Shown piece by piece: positions 23,053 through 34,917 of a stretch of DNA of 64,000 bases. A program made the position numbers and the translations under genes. The notes under the pieces are model-generated. The model searched no databases. It saw only the letters and a program-made list of their open reading frames with translations, and was not told the DNA's origin. Source of the DNA: Dipteris shenzhenensis (lineage: Eukaryota); the NCBI GenBank assembly GCA_047967505.1, contig CM106538.1. The stretch is one strand, 5' to 3'. The stretch's first letter is position 1, and the number at the start of each line of letters is the position of its first letter.

Positions 23053-24459
23053 AATCTTTCCCTTTCATCATACTCCGGCCCATTTCGCAGATGACACACA
23101 TCTTGCGTTCTGCTACTCCATTTTGTTGTGATGTATGTGGCGGGGGTTTATGCCTCTTGATCCCGTGACTTTTGCAGTAACTTTTGAATTCAGTCGATGT
23201 GAACTCTCCACCTCTGTTTGATCTCAACTTCTTCACCTTCCTCCCCAATTCTTTCTCGAGCATTACATGCCATTCCTTGAACCTACTGAAAGCCTCATCT
23301 TTTGTCTTTAGGAAGTATATCCATATCCTTCTACTGTAGTCGTCGATCAGTGTCATGAAGTAGTAGGAACCATCCAAAGCTTCCGTCTCCATCTTTCCGC
23401 AGAGGTCCGTGTGAACGAGCTCTAGAGGAGCCTTTGCCCTACTGGCCTCTTTAGGAAAGGGATGCCGATGCTGCTTGCCCATCATGCAAGCTTCACATAC
23501 ATCGAGCAGATCTGAAATTTCTGGTAGGTCTGCAATCATTCCACTTTTATGCATCTCCTTCAAAGAACTAAGGTTTAGATGACCAAACCTCTCATGCCAC
23601 AGCTTAGTGTTCCTCGCATCCGCTCGAGCACTGAAAGCTGAGAGTTCATAAATGTTGTTGCGCCGTGTACCTTTACCAATGACCTTTCCTTGAAGATCCA
23701 AGATCTGTGCACCATTCTTATCGAATTGAACTTTGAGGTCCCGATCCGTGATCGCAAAAACGGACAACAAGTTCCTCTTGATATTTGGCACATAAAGAAC
23801 ATCAGACAACTGTTTAACAACTCCATCTGAATTGAGAGCAATCGTACCTTTTCCTTTTGCTGGACATTTTGCATCATTACCGACTACTAGCAGGATGTCA
23901 TTCCCTATTGGTTGTAGAGAGGTATACCAATCCTTCCGACTGGTCATGTGGTGCGATGCACCACTGTCTATGATCCAAGGTTCATCCACAGGTACATGAA
24001 CTGCCTTCGTGCAAATCTCCTCAATTGCTACGAATAGCTCTATTGGTGCTGCCTGCACGCTATTGCTGGACTCTTTCTTTACTCCATTCTTCTCATCTGC
24101 AAGGAATTCATATAATGGAGGCTAATCTCTTTGGAGAATTTAGATCATTAGCTTGAAAGTGTGACTTGTTCCTCATTTAGAGAAGAAAGCTAGCAAGTGC
24201 TAGATTCATATTTGGAGAAGCTAGAGAGGCTTTCTCCTTCCTCAATACTAAGCCTCAGATGTGGCTGAGCATCATCAACAACATGCTACAAGCAATAAGG
24301 ATTACTACATGGAAAAGCAAGATAAGGTTCATACACTAGAGGAGAAACTAGTATATGGATTTTTAACTTAGTGCCTTGGAGGACATCCTAAAGGATATCA
24401 AGAAGGAGTTTTGCTCTAAATTGTAGCAAACAACATAAAGCTCCTCAAATGTAGGGTTA

Positions 24460-27400
24460 AGGTTAAGGTTTGTTGACGATCAATAACACATTCAAGGTCT
24501 AGTATTTCTTCTTCATCAACAATCAATGGAGCCTCTTCATAAATAGGATGTATAGGTAAAGGTCCTTTGAAGGGCTTTAAGAGGCTGATATGAAAAGCAT
24601 TATGTATTTTTCAATTATTAAGTAATTCATGCCTATAAGCTAGATCATTGATTTTTTGAATCACCTTGAAAGGTCCATAAAAACAAGGGGACATCTTTGA
24701 CCATTTCTCAACGCTCTTCAATCTGCTTTTCTCAATCCAAAGAAGCACATAATCACCTCCTTTAAAAAGCATGTGTTTCGTTTCTTATTAGCTTGTTTTG
24801 TGTACTTCTCTTGAGCGATTGCAATGGCTTCTCAAACCTCTTTGAGAATATTTTGATAGTCATGGATAGATGCATTTGCTGCCTCCACTCTCTATGGGTC
24901 AATCGTGTGATAGGAATAGGTAAAGCTTTCCCATACATGATCTCAAAGGGTGCTCTTCCAATTGCAAAATGAGGAGTATTATTATAAGCAAATTATAAGA
25001 GGTGAAGATATTTGTCCCAAGTCTTTGGTTGACTTCCCACATAAGCTCTTAATATGTCCAGAATAGTACTATTTGTGACTTTAGTTTGTCCATTCGATTC
25101 TAGATGAAAAGCTGATGGGAAATCTAACTTAGTAGGCATTAGAAATCCAGGGGTCTTTCCTTTGTAGCTCTTGATCTTCTAACAAGTGATGCATTTGACT
25201 ACAAACTTAGCCACATATTTTCTTATACTAGGCCAATGAAATTCTCTTGCTATCACTTGTAAAGTGGCGTCACTCCTCTATGTCCCATATATGGTGGTTG
25301 GTGCATTTCTTCCATTAAAATTTGTCTAAAGGGTCGAGTGATGCACAATTTCTTTTAATAAAAGAGGTATCCATCATTGCATGAATAGTCCAACATAGGA
25401 TTCCAATTATTATTCTCTAATTTGTTCCATATATTGGAAAAGTCTAGATTCTCTGAGGTAAGAATTCTCCATATCTTCGAAAGGCTAGGTCTCTACTGCA
25501 GTGATGTGATTAATACTTGGCTTTCTGCTAAGAGCATCAGCAACTACATTTTTCTTTCTAGGCTGATACTGAATCATGGGCTAAAAACTCTGTATAAATG
25601 ATGCCCACTTGATGTGCCTATTGGATATTAGTGGTTGAGTCAATAAATGCTTGATACTTTGTTGATCCGGTCTTGATAAGAAACTCAGCTCCCATCAAAT
25701 AATGTTTCTACATTCGTAGGGCATGTACAACCACGGTTAATTATTTATCATATGTAGTATAATTGCATTCTGCTAGTTTTAATTTATGGCTCTCATATGC
25801 TATAGGATGTCCATCCTCTGCATAAACATGGCTCCAATTCCATATCCACTAGCATCGGTTACAACTACAAAGAATGGTCTAGAAAATTCGGGTAGTTGCA
25901 ACACGGGAGCTTGCATGAGAGCTTCTTTCAAAGCTACAAAAGATTTATCTTGATGCTTGGTCCATAAGAAATGCTTAGCTTTTCTAAGAAGGTCTATCAA
26001 TGGATGTGCAATGTATGCAAAATTATTGACAAACTTTCTATCAAAGCTACACAATCCCAAGAATGATCTTAATTCGTGTATATCTCGGGGTTTAGGCCAT
26101 GTGACTATGCATTCAATCTTCTTTGGATCTACTCGAATCCCATCGGCGGATACTATGCGAGCCAATACTCTATTTGATCTTGAACAAAACTACTCTTTTC
26201 AGGATTTATGTACAATTGATTTTCTTTCAAGAGTAAAAGATTAGCTTTAGTTGTTCCTTATGCTCCTCAATGTCTTTGTTCAACTCCAGAATATCATCGA
26301 AAAATACTACAACACAATCTTGGTGTTTAAGAAAGATTCTACTAAAAGTAGTTGGAGCATTAGTTAGCCCAAAAGGCATAACTAGGAATTCATAGTGTCC
26401 TGTTTGAGTTCTAAAGGCAGCCTTGTATATATCTCTTCTACCATACGAACTTGATGATAGCCGGATTTGAGATCTATCTTACTGAAGACCTTGGCCCCTT
26501 TCAATTTGTCTAAAGGTCATCAATCCTAGGGATTGGGTATTTGTTCTTCACTGTGATTTTGTTTAGTGCATGGTAGTCTATGCACATTCAATAGGTTCCA
26601 TTCTTCTTTTTTACTAATAAGACAGGTGCTCCATAAGGAGAACTATTGGCTCTTATCAATCCTCTCTCTATTATTTCCTCCACTTGCTTTTGAATTTCTT
26701 TTTGCTCTAGCTGGTTGACTCTATAAGGAGCTTTGCAAGGTGGAGTATTGCCCGGTAGGATTTGTATCCTATGATCTTCAGGTCGAGAACATGGTAATCC
26801 AGGCGGTAAATCCTCTAAGAAATAATCACAAAAGAGAAAGAAACTTTTGGTGTGTAGGTTTAGTGTTTGGCTAAGTAGCCATTACCGTATTCACCAAAAT
26901 CAAATATGTTTTCTCACACTTCCTAATTGCTCTCATAGCTTGTGTATGGTTGAGTAAAGGACTGATCTCAGGTTTCATAGAACTTTTTAGACATATTTCT
27001 TGTTTGTCCTCAATCCACATCTTATGTGAATCATTATCTATCTTAGGATTATATTGATGTCTCCATGGCATTCCAAAGATGATATCAACTCCCTGTAGGG
27101 GTGCCACTAGAAAGTCTCATCTATCCTTGTAAGGTTTGATTAAAATGTCAAGATTCTTGACTTCTCTAGTGCAATTATACTTTGTCTTGGTAAAAGCAAC
27201 TTTGCCTTTATAATTAGATGGGAAGGACTCTAGGTTAAGCTTTGCTAAGGCTCTTTCTGAAATGAAATCATATGTACTACCATCCTCATGTAGAATAACA
27301 ACCTCTTTTAATGAAACCTTTAATTTTTAGAAGAGCATGACAATTATACTTACCTCCCTCTGACTTGGCTGCTTCGTTCTCGATCATGTGCACTTTTGCT

Positions 27401-30032
27401 GTCGGGGTCTTCTTTCTTTTGAGGCATTCAGTTGCTATATGTCCCACCTTGTTGCACCTGAAACACCTTATTTCTTTCTTTGGAAAATTTCCACCGTTCA
27501 GCTTTGAAGAAGAATCTATCTTCTATGGAACAAAACCAGATTTAGATTTAAAGTAGGGCTTTTTATCAAACCTCCTCTTCTTATGGAAGGGTACAGGCCG
27601 TTCCAAATCTTTCCCTTCCTTTGGGATTCCATTCTTCCTCTCACAATTCATTGCAAGAGAAATCACAGAGTTCAATGAGCAAGGATGAAATATGCTAATC
27701 TCGGCTCTCAACTTAGATTTTTTATTTATCGAATTGCCTAAAAGTATCCCACTGTTGTCTGGTTTTTTCTTTAAAGTGTGAGGGAAGGAAATCTCTCTTG
27801 ATGAGCTTTTGAAAAGACTTCCAAGATTTTGGTCGCCTTTTACTATGCTTAGTGATGTTCCACCAAAGTGCAGCACTCTCAACTAAATGATTTGTAGCAC
27901 ATTTAATCTTATCTTTTTCAGAGAATTTCTCCCCTGAAAATTAATCATCTAGCTAACTAATCCAAGACAAAACAGTGTGTGCTTCTTTCTTTCCATCGAA
28001 ATTTTGAAATGAGAAAGCTTTTCTATGTATCTTACTCCCCTTTCTCAAATTCTGTGCTCTCAATGTGGGTTTGACTGTCCTGATATTAGGATCATTTTTG
28101 GAACCATCGTCAGATGAGTGCCTCTTCCTCTTCTAACCATTGATTTTCTTTTCCAATCTCTCTCTATGCTCACGCTCATCAACCAACTATGCCTGAAGTG
28201 CATCTAACTACTCTTGGAGTGTGGGTGGTTGTGGCTGATTCGCCATGATAATGCGATAAATACAAATAAAGCAAAGCGGAGGGAAATAAGGATACTAAGT
28301 GTATGAAAATTTAAATGAATTGAAAAGTGTAATTTGAATGTATGGTAAAAAATGGATGGCGGATGACACTAAGTGTATGAAATATAAAGCAAAAGAAATC
28401 ACTTATCTCGCTCTTTGATCGGACGTAGAAAAGACTAGAGTGGGAGATATGTGACCGATGAAGTTGCTTGTAGTCGTCTTTGTGCTCAACCGCTCTCTAA
28501 TTAATTGCACGATGATTTCCTGGTTCCAAATTGCCTCCTTGATTCGAGCGTTCAGATTCGATTGTGGTCTTTGCCTTGTTGGGCCTCGTAGCTTGCTGAG
28601 TTTCCTTGGATTTTATTTATTATTATTTTTTCTTTAAAAGGCCTTTTTTCTTTGGAACCTTGGGGCTCCTTTACCCTTGCTTTGTATTTAGTCAAAGGAA
28701 CCTTTGACTTAGCTACATACGATCTCGAGCAGTGAGGTCTTGACGGCTGCTCTGGAGTCCGACAGTGCACAACTGCATTGCGCACGGCGGGCCGAAATAC
28801 TACAAGAAGGTTGGCTGCTATAGTGCTACTCGATGGGCAAAGATCCACATGTGCGTGCAGAGGGAGACTCCCAAGCTAGAGGCGGTTGGCTGCACAGTGG
28901 TTGGTTGTACTGCTTTGGGACTGTTTTGATGAGCAAGTCTGCAAATGGGTGCGCGGTGTCAGAGGCTATGGAAGATTGGAGGATGGCAGGCCGCAGTGTG
29001 TGCAAAAATAGCAGAATAGCAGGCGCACAAAGGTGTAGATGAGCACGCATAATAGATTCTATTCCCAACAATGACTGTTAGGCACGACGATCAATGAATT
29101 AAAGGTGACATTAAGGGTGCGTTGTGCATGCAAAGTGACGCAATGGTTGTAGACAGTGCAGAGACTCTCAGGCTTATAGGATCCTAAACAAGGCAGTAGA
29201 CTCCACAATTCGTGATGTCGTAGACTCGTAATGGTGATGTGGCCCTGGCCTCTATGGGCTATTACTCGAAGGACGAGGACCCTTTGAAAATCTTCTTGAT
29301 GTCCTTTGTACCAAGGTAGACCACAATACCTTCAGAACAGCTCCTTCTCATGAGGGATTTAAACTCAATTTTCTTTCATAAGAGCATGACCAAATCTTTG
29401 ATACCACTGAAACCAAAAAGTAAACTCTTCCACACAAAATTCACCACTTAATCAATTGGAGAAGAAGAACACAAATCACACCACGAAAGCGACAACAGAC
29501 TGACAATCTCCCCCCCTAGATGAGTGGCTCACGCTTCCTCATCTAGAGTATTTATGATATTTCATAAAACCACAAGGAGCCAAAGTTATCCCTCTCCTCC
29601 AAAATGAGGGATTTGCTTTGCATAGTCATCTTTGGGCCCAAAATTGAATTTTTTCCACTCCAAAATATATTGCTCAAACTTGCAATAATAAAGAAATACA
29701 AAATTGGCCCATGGCCATAAATGATGCACTGTGCGACAACCCTGCACTAACTCCAATCCTCGCTTTGAGTTCCATCATCTATACTCAAGCCACCAATTAC
29801 ATTATTAACAATCGATTGAACGAATCACAGAATCAACCGATCCCAACATAACCGTGCTCAAAGCACAATATTCAAGCATAACACCAATAACACTAGCGAC
29901 ATCAGTATTAACATGGAATCACCCACAATACCAGCCATCTAGCATGGCAAAACACAAGCTAGTCATGCATCCCCAACTAACCACACAAAGTATCCACTAG
30001 GACCCCCGCCACGTCCGGTGTGCCATAGTCAC
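24460..30032 (-). mobile_element. Degenerate Ty3/gypsy chromovirus (gag-PR-RT-RH-IN plus start of chromodomain); 3' LTR not found
   Basis: gag ATG at 28246; CCHC knuckle near 27430-27465; protease-region [20 protein letters not shown] near 26300; RH VTDASGYGIGA; IN with FYGPFK; PLIVDEEEILDLECVIDR (chromodomain start) near 24480-24530. PBS TGGTATCAAAG at ~29396-29406, LTR begins at 29408 with an uncertain far end. Confidence 0.85.
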
Positions 30033-30399
30033 ACTTGACTAAAATAATAATGTCCTAAGCAAGATATATCAGAAATATAATTTCTGTAACATAGTCGATT
30101 CACATTACTTTTCTAGAGCCCTTTTATGTTATATAAGTCTATGTACTATGGTGCATTAGGGTCTCCCCATTGCATGGACCTTTAAGAAATGGATTATAAT
30201 GAACACAATAGATTTAGTACCCACCATGGATTTTTTTCTGCCTCCATCCCCACAGGCAAACTTGAGCTCAAGGTTATATTTGCATTTGTTGGAACTCCAT
30301 AGATTGTATCTCGTGACATCGACCCATATAGTTGCACAAGGCAAACGAGAATCCTTTTTTGGTTGAGTGAACTGTGTTCACCTTTTGGACATGCAACCA

Positions 30400-33028
30400 C
30401 TTCTCCACAATGTTGGTTACAAGGCTAGATTTATATCACCAACTACTACTACTATAGTTGCTACTACTGTTGCTATTTTCACTGTATATTTGCATCTCCT
30501 TCATGACCAATGCTATAACCCTTAGGTCTTTCTCCTTTCTATCACCTTTCACTTGCATCCTTTTTTACTACAGCCTATGGCCTTACATTCACACTTTGGG
30601 GTAGTTTATGCTATTCTATTCTTCTCTACAACTTGCCTTGCCTTCACACTTTGGGGTAGTTTATGCTATTCTATTCTTCTCTACAACTTGCCTTGTCAAG
30701 GCAAGTTTGCCCTTTTTTCTATAGCCTTGACTTCACACTTTGGGGTAGTTTATGTTATTCTATTGTTCTCTACAACTTGCCTTGTCAAGGATTTCTCCTT
30801 TGCTAATTCTTGCTCCTTCATTTGCAACTTCAACAATGTCAATAGATATGAACATCTTTTGTGTATTGGATGTTTTCCATTCATATTCTTCATTAAATAT
30901 TACATCTTTGGAGATTATGACCTTTTGGTTGATGCGATCATACAACTTGTATGCTTTTCTCTCTTCAGTGTAGCCAACCATGATGCATTTACGTGACTTC
31001 ACATCCAACTTTCTACGATGATCATCATGTATGTGGTCATACGCTATGCAACCCAATATGCAGAGATGCCCAATGCATGGCTTGTATCCAATTAATGCTT
31101 CATAAGGTGTCGTACCCTATTGGTGTGGTCAAAAGTTGATTAAGAAAGTATGTTTGCAGTGGCAATTAATTCTACCCAATATTAATTTGAAATATGCTTC
31201 TCATTGAGCATTGCTCTAGCACTGTCTAATAAAGTCCCATTCTACATATCCAAACCATCTTCAAATGCCATTCTTTCTACAAAAGTTCATGAATGCTAAA
31301 GACATGTATTCACCTCCTCTATCTAATCTCATGACTTTGATCTTTCTACTTGTTTGGTTTTCTACCATGGCTTTAAATTCTTGAAATCTGGAAAAGACTT
31401 CAAATTTCTCTTTCAGAAACCCAACAATATCTGCTATAGTCATTGATGTTGTGGGTCTATGCATAACCCCATACATCTGTATGTATCAAATCAAGAATAC
31501 CTCTTGCTCAAGAGGTGCTTCTATCAAAATTGGTTCTCTTTTGTTGACCAAAGCAACATACTTTGCAAACTTTTCCTAGAAACTGAAGTTTCGGAATGCC
31601 ACGTGCCATATTTTGATTTCTCAATTGCATCATACTTTTGAAATTCACATGTTCATATCTCTTGTGCCATATTGTGGAAAGTGGCATTGGCTGTTATTGA
31701 GTTCACATGGCATGCAAGTCTAGTGCTGAAGCAAGCATTCTGAACAAGCCTCCTTCCTTGACTTCTTTTCCCACTAGTTTATATTCTCTAGATTTGTCTC
31801 TGATTGTGCATTCATCCCCATCGAAATTGACTTGATAGTTGTGTTTTTTCATTTGCCCACTGTAACTCTTCTAGTATTGGCATTTGTCATTGAATGGCAA
31901 TACTCCAGACTAGAGTCTTGTATCCCTCTCCATGCAAGGTATTACTTATGCATCGACTGACGATAGAAAGGCTCAGTGGTAGCGTTTGGAGCCTCGTTGG
32001 CAGTGGACTGATGGTTGTCGATGGCCGTGGTGAAGCTGTAACTAGGCCTTCAATTGGGTCTCCGTAGAGGAGCATTGAGTTATTATGAGCCTAGAAGTCA
32101 TTAGAGGTCAAGTCGAGGTCGCCTTGTTTGTCTGTGTGCTATGGTAGAGCCGCATGTTGTGTTGGTATGAGGAGCCACCTTAGTTGGAGGGTATGATTGA
32201 GTCATTGTAGCTTCAGTTGCTTGGCGTTGGCCATGGGCTTGCTTTTCATGAACATCGTTGGAGCCGCAATGGGCTATGGATGCAGTTGTGTAGGTCGTAG
32301 AAGTCATTGATTTAGACATATGTTGGTTGTCATGTTTGCCATAGATGCTAGTTGGAGCTTGGTTGGCCGGCTTGTAGTGCCTTTTGCTTGGTGGTTTGCA
32401 CATCTATGAGCATGCTAGAGGGCTGTAGGCGACTCAATGTATGACGCCACCTTTGCTTGTGAGCTCACTTGTAGTTGTAGGTCGATGAGTGGCTACCTCT
32501 TGTTGTGTGGTTAGGTGTTGCTTGTAGCCTTAGGCTCGCTGTGAGCTGTAGGAAGCCGCCACTTGCCTTGTATATGCTGCTTAGGAGGTAGATAGTATGT
32601 AGAAGCCTACTGAGTGAGTCGACTCTCAGCTACTCTCCACACTTCAAAACCAAATCTCTCAAAGAAACCAAGAAATGAAATCTCTCACAATCAAATACCT
32701 CTCACAAATCTTTCAAGAGAAAACAAACTCAATCTCTTTCATGCTCTCAAGGATCGTGACGCCTCAATGAAACGTAGAACCATGACCTCTGATACCGTGA
32801 ACAAATATGGAGAGAGGAGAGGAGAAGAGTGGAGATGAGGAGAGAGTGCACATTTAGAGAGCATACCATAAATGATTAACTGTACACTGGATCTAGTTGA
32901 AAATATTGAATATGTACAAACCCCTTTAGGGCTAGGGTTAGCATTTCCAACCCATGTGCCTTTTAGCACTCTTTTGGTTAGTGCTATGAACATGTGATGA
33001 TACATGATGTTGAGACATATCCTCAACA
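30400..33028 (-). mobile_element. Truncated, degenerate Ty1/copia (5' LTR, PBS, decayed gag/GAG-pre, integrase); no RT seen
   Basis: IN fragments FKAMVENQTSRKIKVMRLDRGGEY and KLDVKSRKCIMVGY; PBS (C)GGTATCAGAG at 32787-32797; putative LTR 32798-33028 (TG..CA). Triple ~55-bp repeat at 30585-30788. Confidence 0.8.
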
Positions 33029-33029
33029 A

Positions 33030-33660
33030 ACAGTTCTTCTAGTTTCAATGGCATATACTATAGGTGGGTGTCTTCTGTAGAACTTTCCAGTCCTCTTGCT
33101 AACCACAATAGGAAATATATTTTGGGATTGACATTAGCATCTTAAAAAAAGAACTCATTTATGGAAATCCATATCGACCTTAATCCATGTGCTTCGAATT
33201 TTGGCCATCATTGTCTCCTAATTTGCAAGCATGGCATACCAAATTACACTCTAGGTAAGTGGATTTCGCAGAAGCAAATAATTTTCTTCCATACTCTCCT
33301 TTCAAGTGGGCATATAACAAAAAGGTGGATGAAACCTTCTATTGACCACTAGCATTACACCTTCCATCTGGATTGCCTATCCTCAAAATCCTAGAGTTTG
33401 GCCACAAAGCTTTGTGTAAGGTGAGCCAGATATGGAAAGGCATTTGCTCTAGTATGATTTTCAGCCATATGCCTACAAATTTGTTGTACCAAGAGAAAGT
33501 GGAGTCTAGTTTGGACCATCTCATAGTAAGGGTTCCAATCAACTCATTCGGGTCTAGGTATAGGCAGAAGGGAGTTGCTACCTACCTAGCTAAACTCTTG
33601 GCTAAAAATGAGCTGTGAGACTCCCTACCAAATGCGTTTTCTTGTCCATAGACTTAGCTT
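33030..33660 (-). mobile_element. LINE ORF2 C-terminal remnant (zf-RVT region)
   Basis: FHIWLTLHKALWPNSRILRIGNPDGRC resembles the zf-RVT motif of plant L1 elements. Confidence 0.55.
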
Positions 33661-34873
33661 AGCTTCTTGTCTCTATTATTGAGACCAAACCCTCTCCTTA
33701 TTGTTGGCCATTTCTTCCACTTTAACTTGACTTTTCCCTATAGCTAACCCCACACTTGTAACCCGTTTCTGATTAATCGCAACCCCTTTACCAAGATTGA
33801 GGTACATTTTAATTAATTAATGAAAAAAGAATAAAAACTTGCAACCACTTTTCTAGAAGTGACCAAGCTTGAGGTATATTCTAATTACTAAGTCATTCAT
33901 TGTTAAAAATATAAAAAAAGCACATGGCTCAATTAGCATGAAGTCATTCTTTCTTAACCACACATACCCATGCCTTACTTTCTTTAAAGAAGTTCCATGT
34001 TCATCTCCTTAAAGAGCTTGCTTGGTAGAGAAAGGTTCAGAGTTAGCATAGCTTCTAATCAAGGGAGGTTCTTCCATCTGGCTTTTGTGACTAGCCTAAC
34101 CCATTAGAGCTTGCCCTCCTGTTTGTCAATAGTGCAAAAGACCATTTGACAAAAGAGAACTTTCTCTTAGCACTAGATCCTCCCTATAGAAAGCAACCAC
34201 AAAGATGATAAATTGACATAGATCTTTGTGTGAGGGGGGCTAGCAAGAGGGATATATCAACAAAAAGAGCACAAGGTATGCAAGAATAAGCTAAAAGATT
34301 TGGATGCTATTAGGAATGATGCACTTGAAAATGTATGTCCACTAGTTGCACCATGGCAAAGTCACTGATTCATTGGAGGACCAACTAACCACTTGTATTA
34401 TGACATATTTTGAATCAAGTCAAAAGAAGCACAAAGATTCTGGATGCAAGAATGTGGTAATCTTCCTTTGACAAGGTGAGTGACTAGGCTCAGAGAGCAC
34501 TATTTATGGCCAAGTCACGAGGGTACATTTGAGTATTGTAGGCCAAATGTTGTGCCTTTGAAAATCATAGTCTAAGAAAATATGGTCTGTTTTACTTTGT
34601 TTTGATATAGGCAAAAGGAGTTGTATGATTCCAAGCTTGCACATTGCCATGCAAGAACCTAAATGAAGAATAGTACAATAGACTTAGACTCCAAAATCCT
34701 ATATCATGCAATGATGGCAGGAAAATTGAAAAGAGAAGCTCGAGATTAATTAGGAAAAAGAGTGTGAGATTAAGTTTTATTTTCTTTTGCCTCTTTATTT
34801 TTACATTCAACACACCCCAAGGAAAGACAAGATGAATTTCATTCATGTGGCCTGCCAAGAGAGGGAAGAAGAA

Positions 34874-34879
<6 letters not shown>

Positions 34880-34916
<37 letters not shown>
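34880..34916. repeat. (AG)n microsatellite
   Basis: Direct reading of the sequence. Confidence 0.95.

Positions 34917-34917
<1 letters not shown>

Larger units (their letters stand above)
14973..24103 (-). mobile_element. Older Ty1/copia element (host), 5'-truncated and split in its integrase by a nested copia
   Basis: Domains in copia order: PR (WIIDSGASHHM), GAG-pre (LWHERFGH) and IN at 23058-24058; IN C-terminus, RT (YVDD) and RNase H (DWAGD, SSTEAEY, RTKHIEIQYHF) at 15097-17218. PPT TTGAGGGGGGG at 15043-15053 abuts an LTR terminus at 15042; the other LTR end (~14973) is tentative. Frameshifts and stops present. Confidence 0.9.

Noticed and set aside
24452-24470. Telomere-like TTAGGG/TAAGG runs (also near 9973 and 32926)
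   Set aside because: Only 2-3 degenerate units; such telo-box-like words are common in plant TEs and do not indicate an interstitial telomere.
30033-30400. Possible upstream half of the LINE ORF1 broken at 14972
   Set aside because: Weak DUF4283-like resemblance only; no TSD or frame continuity links the two pieces.
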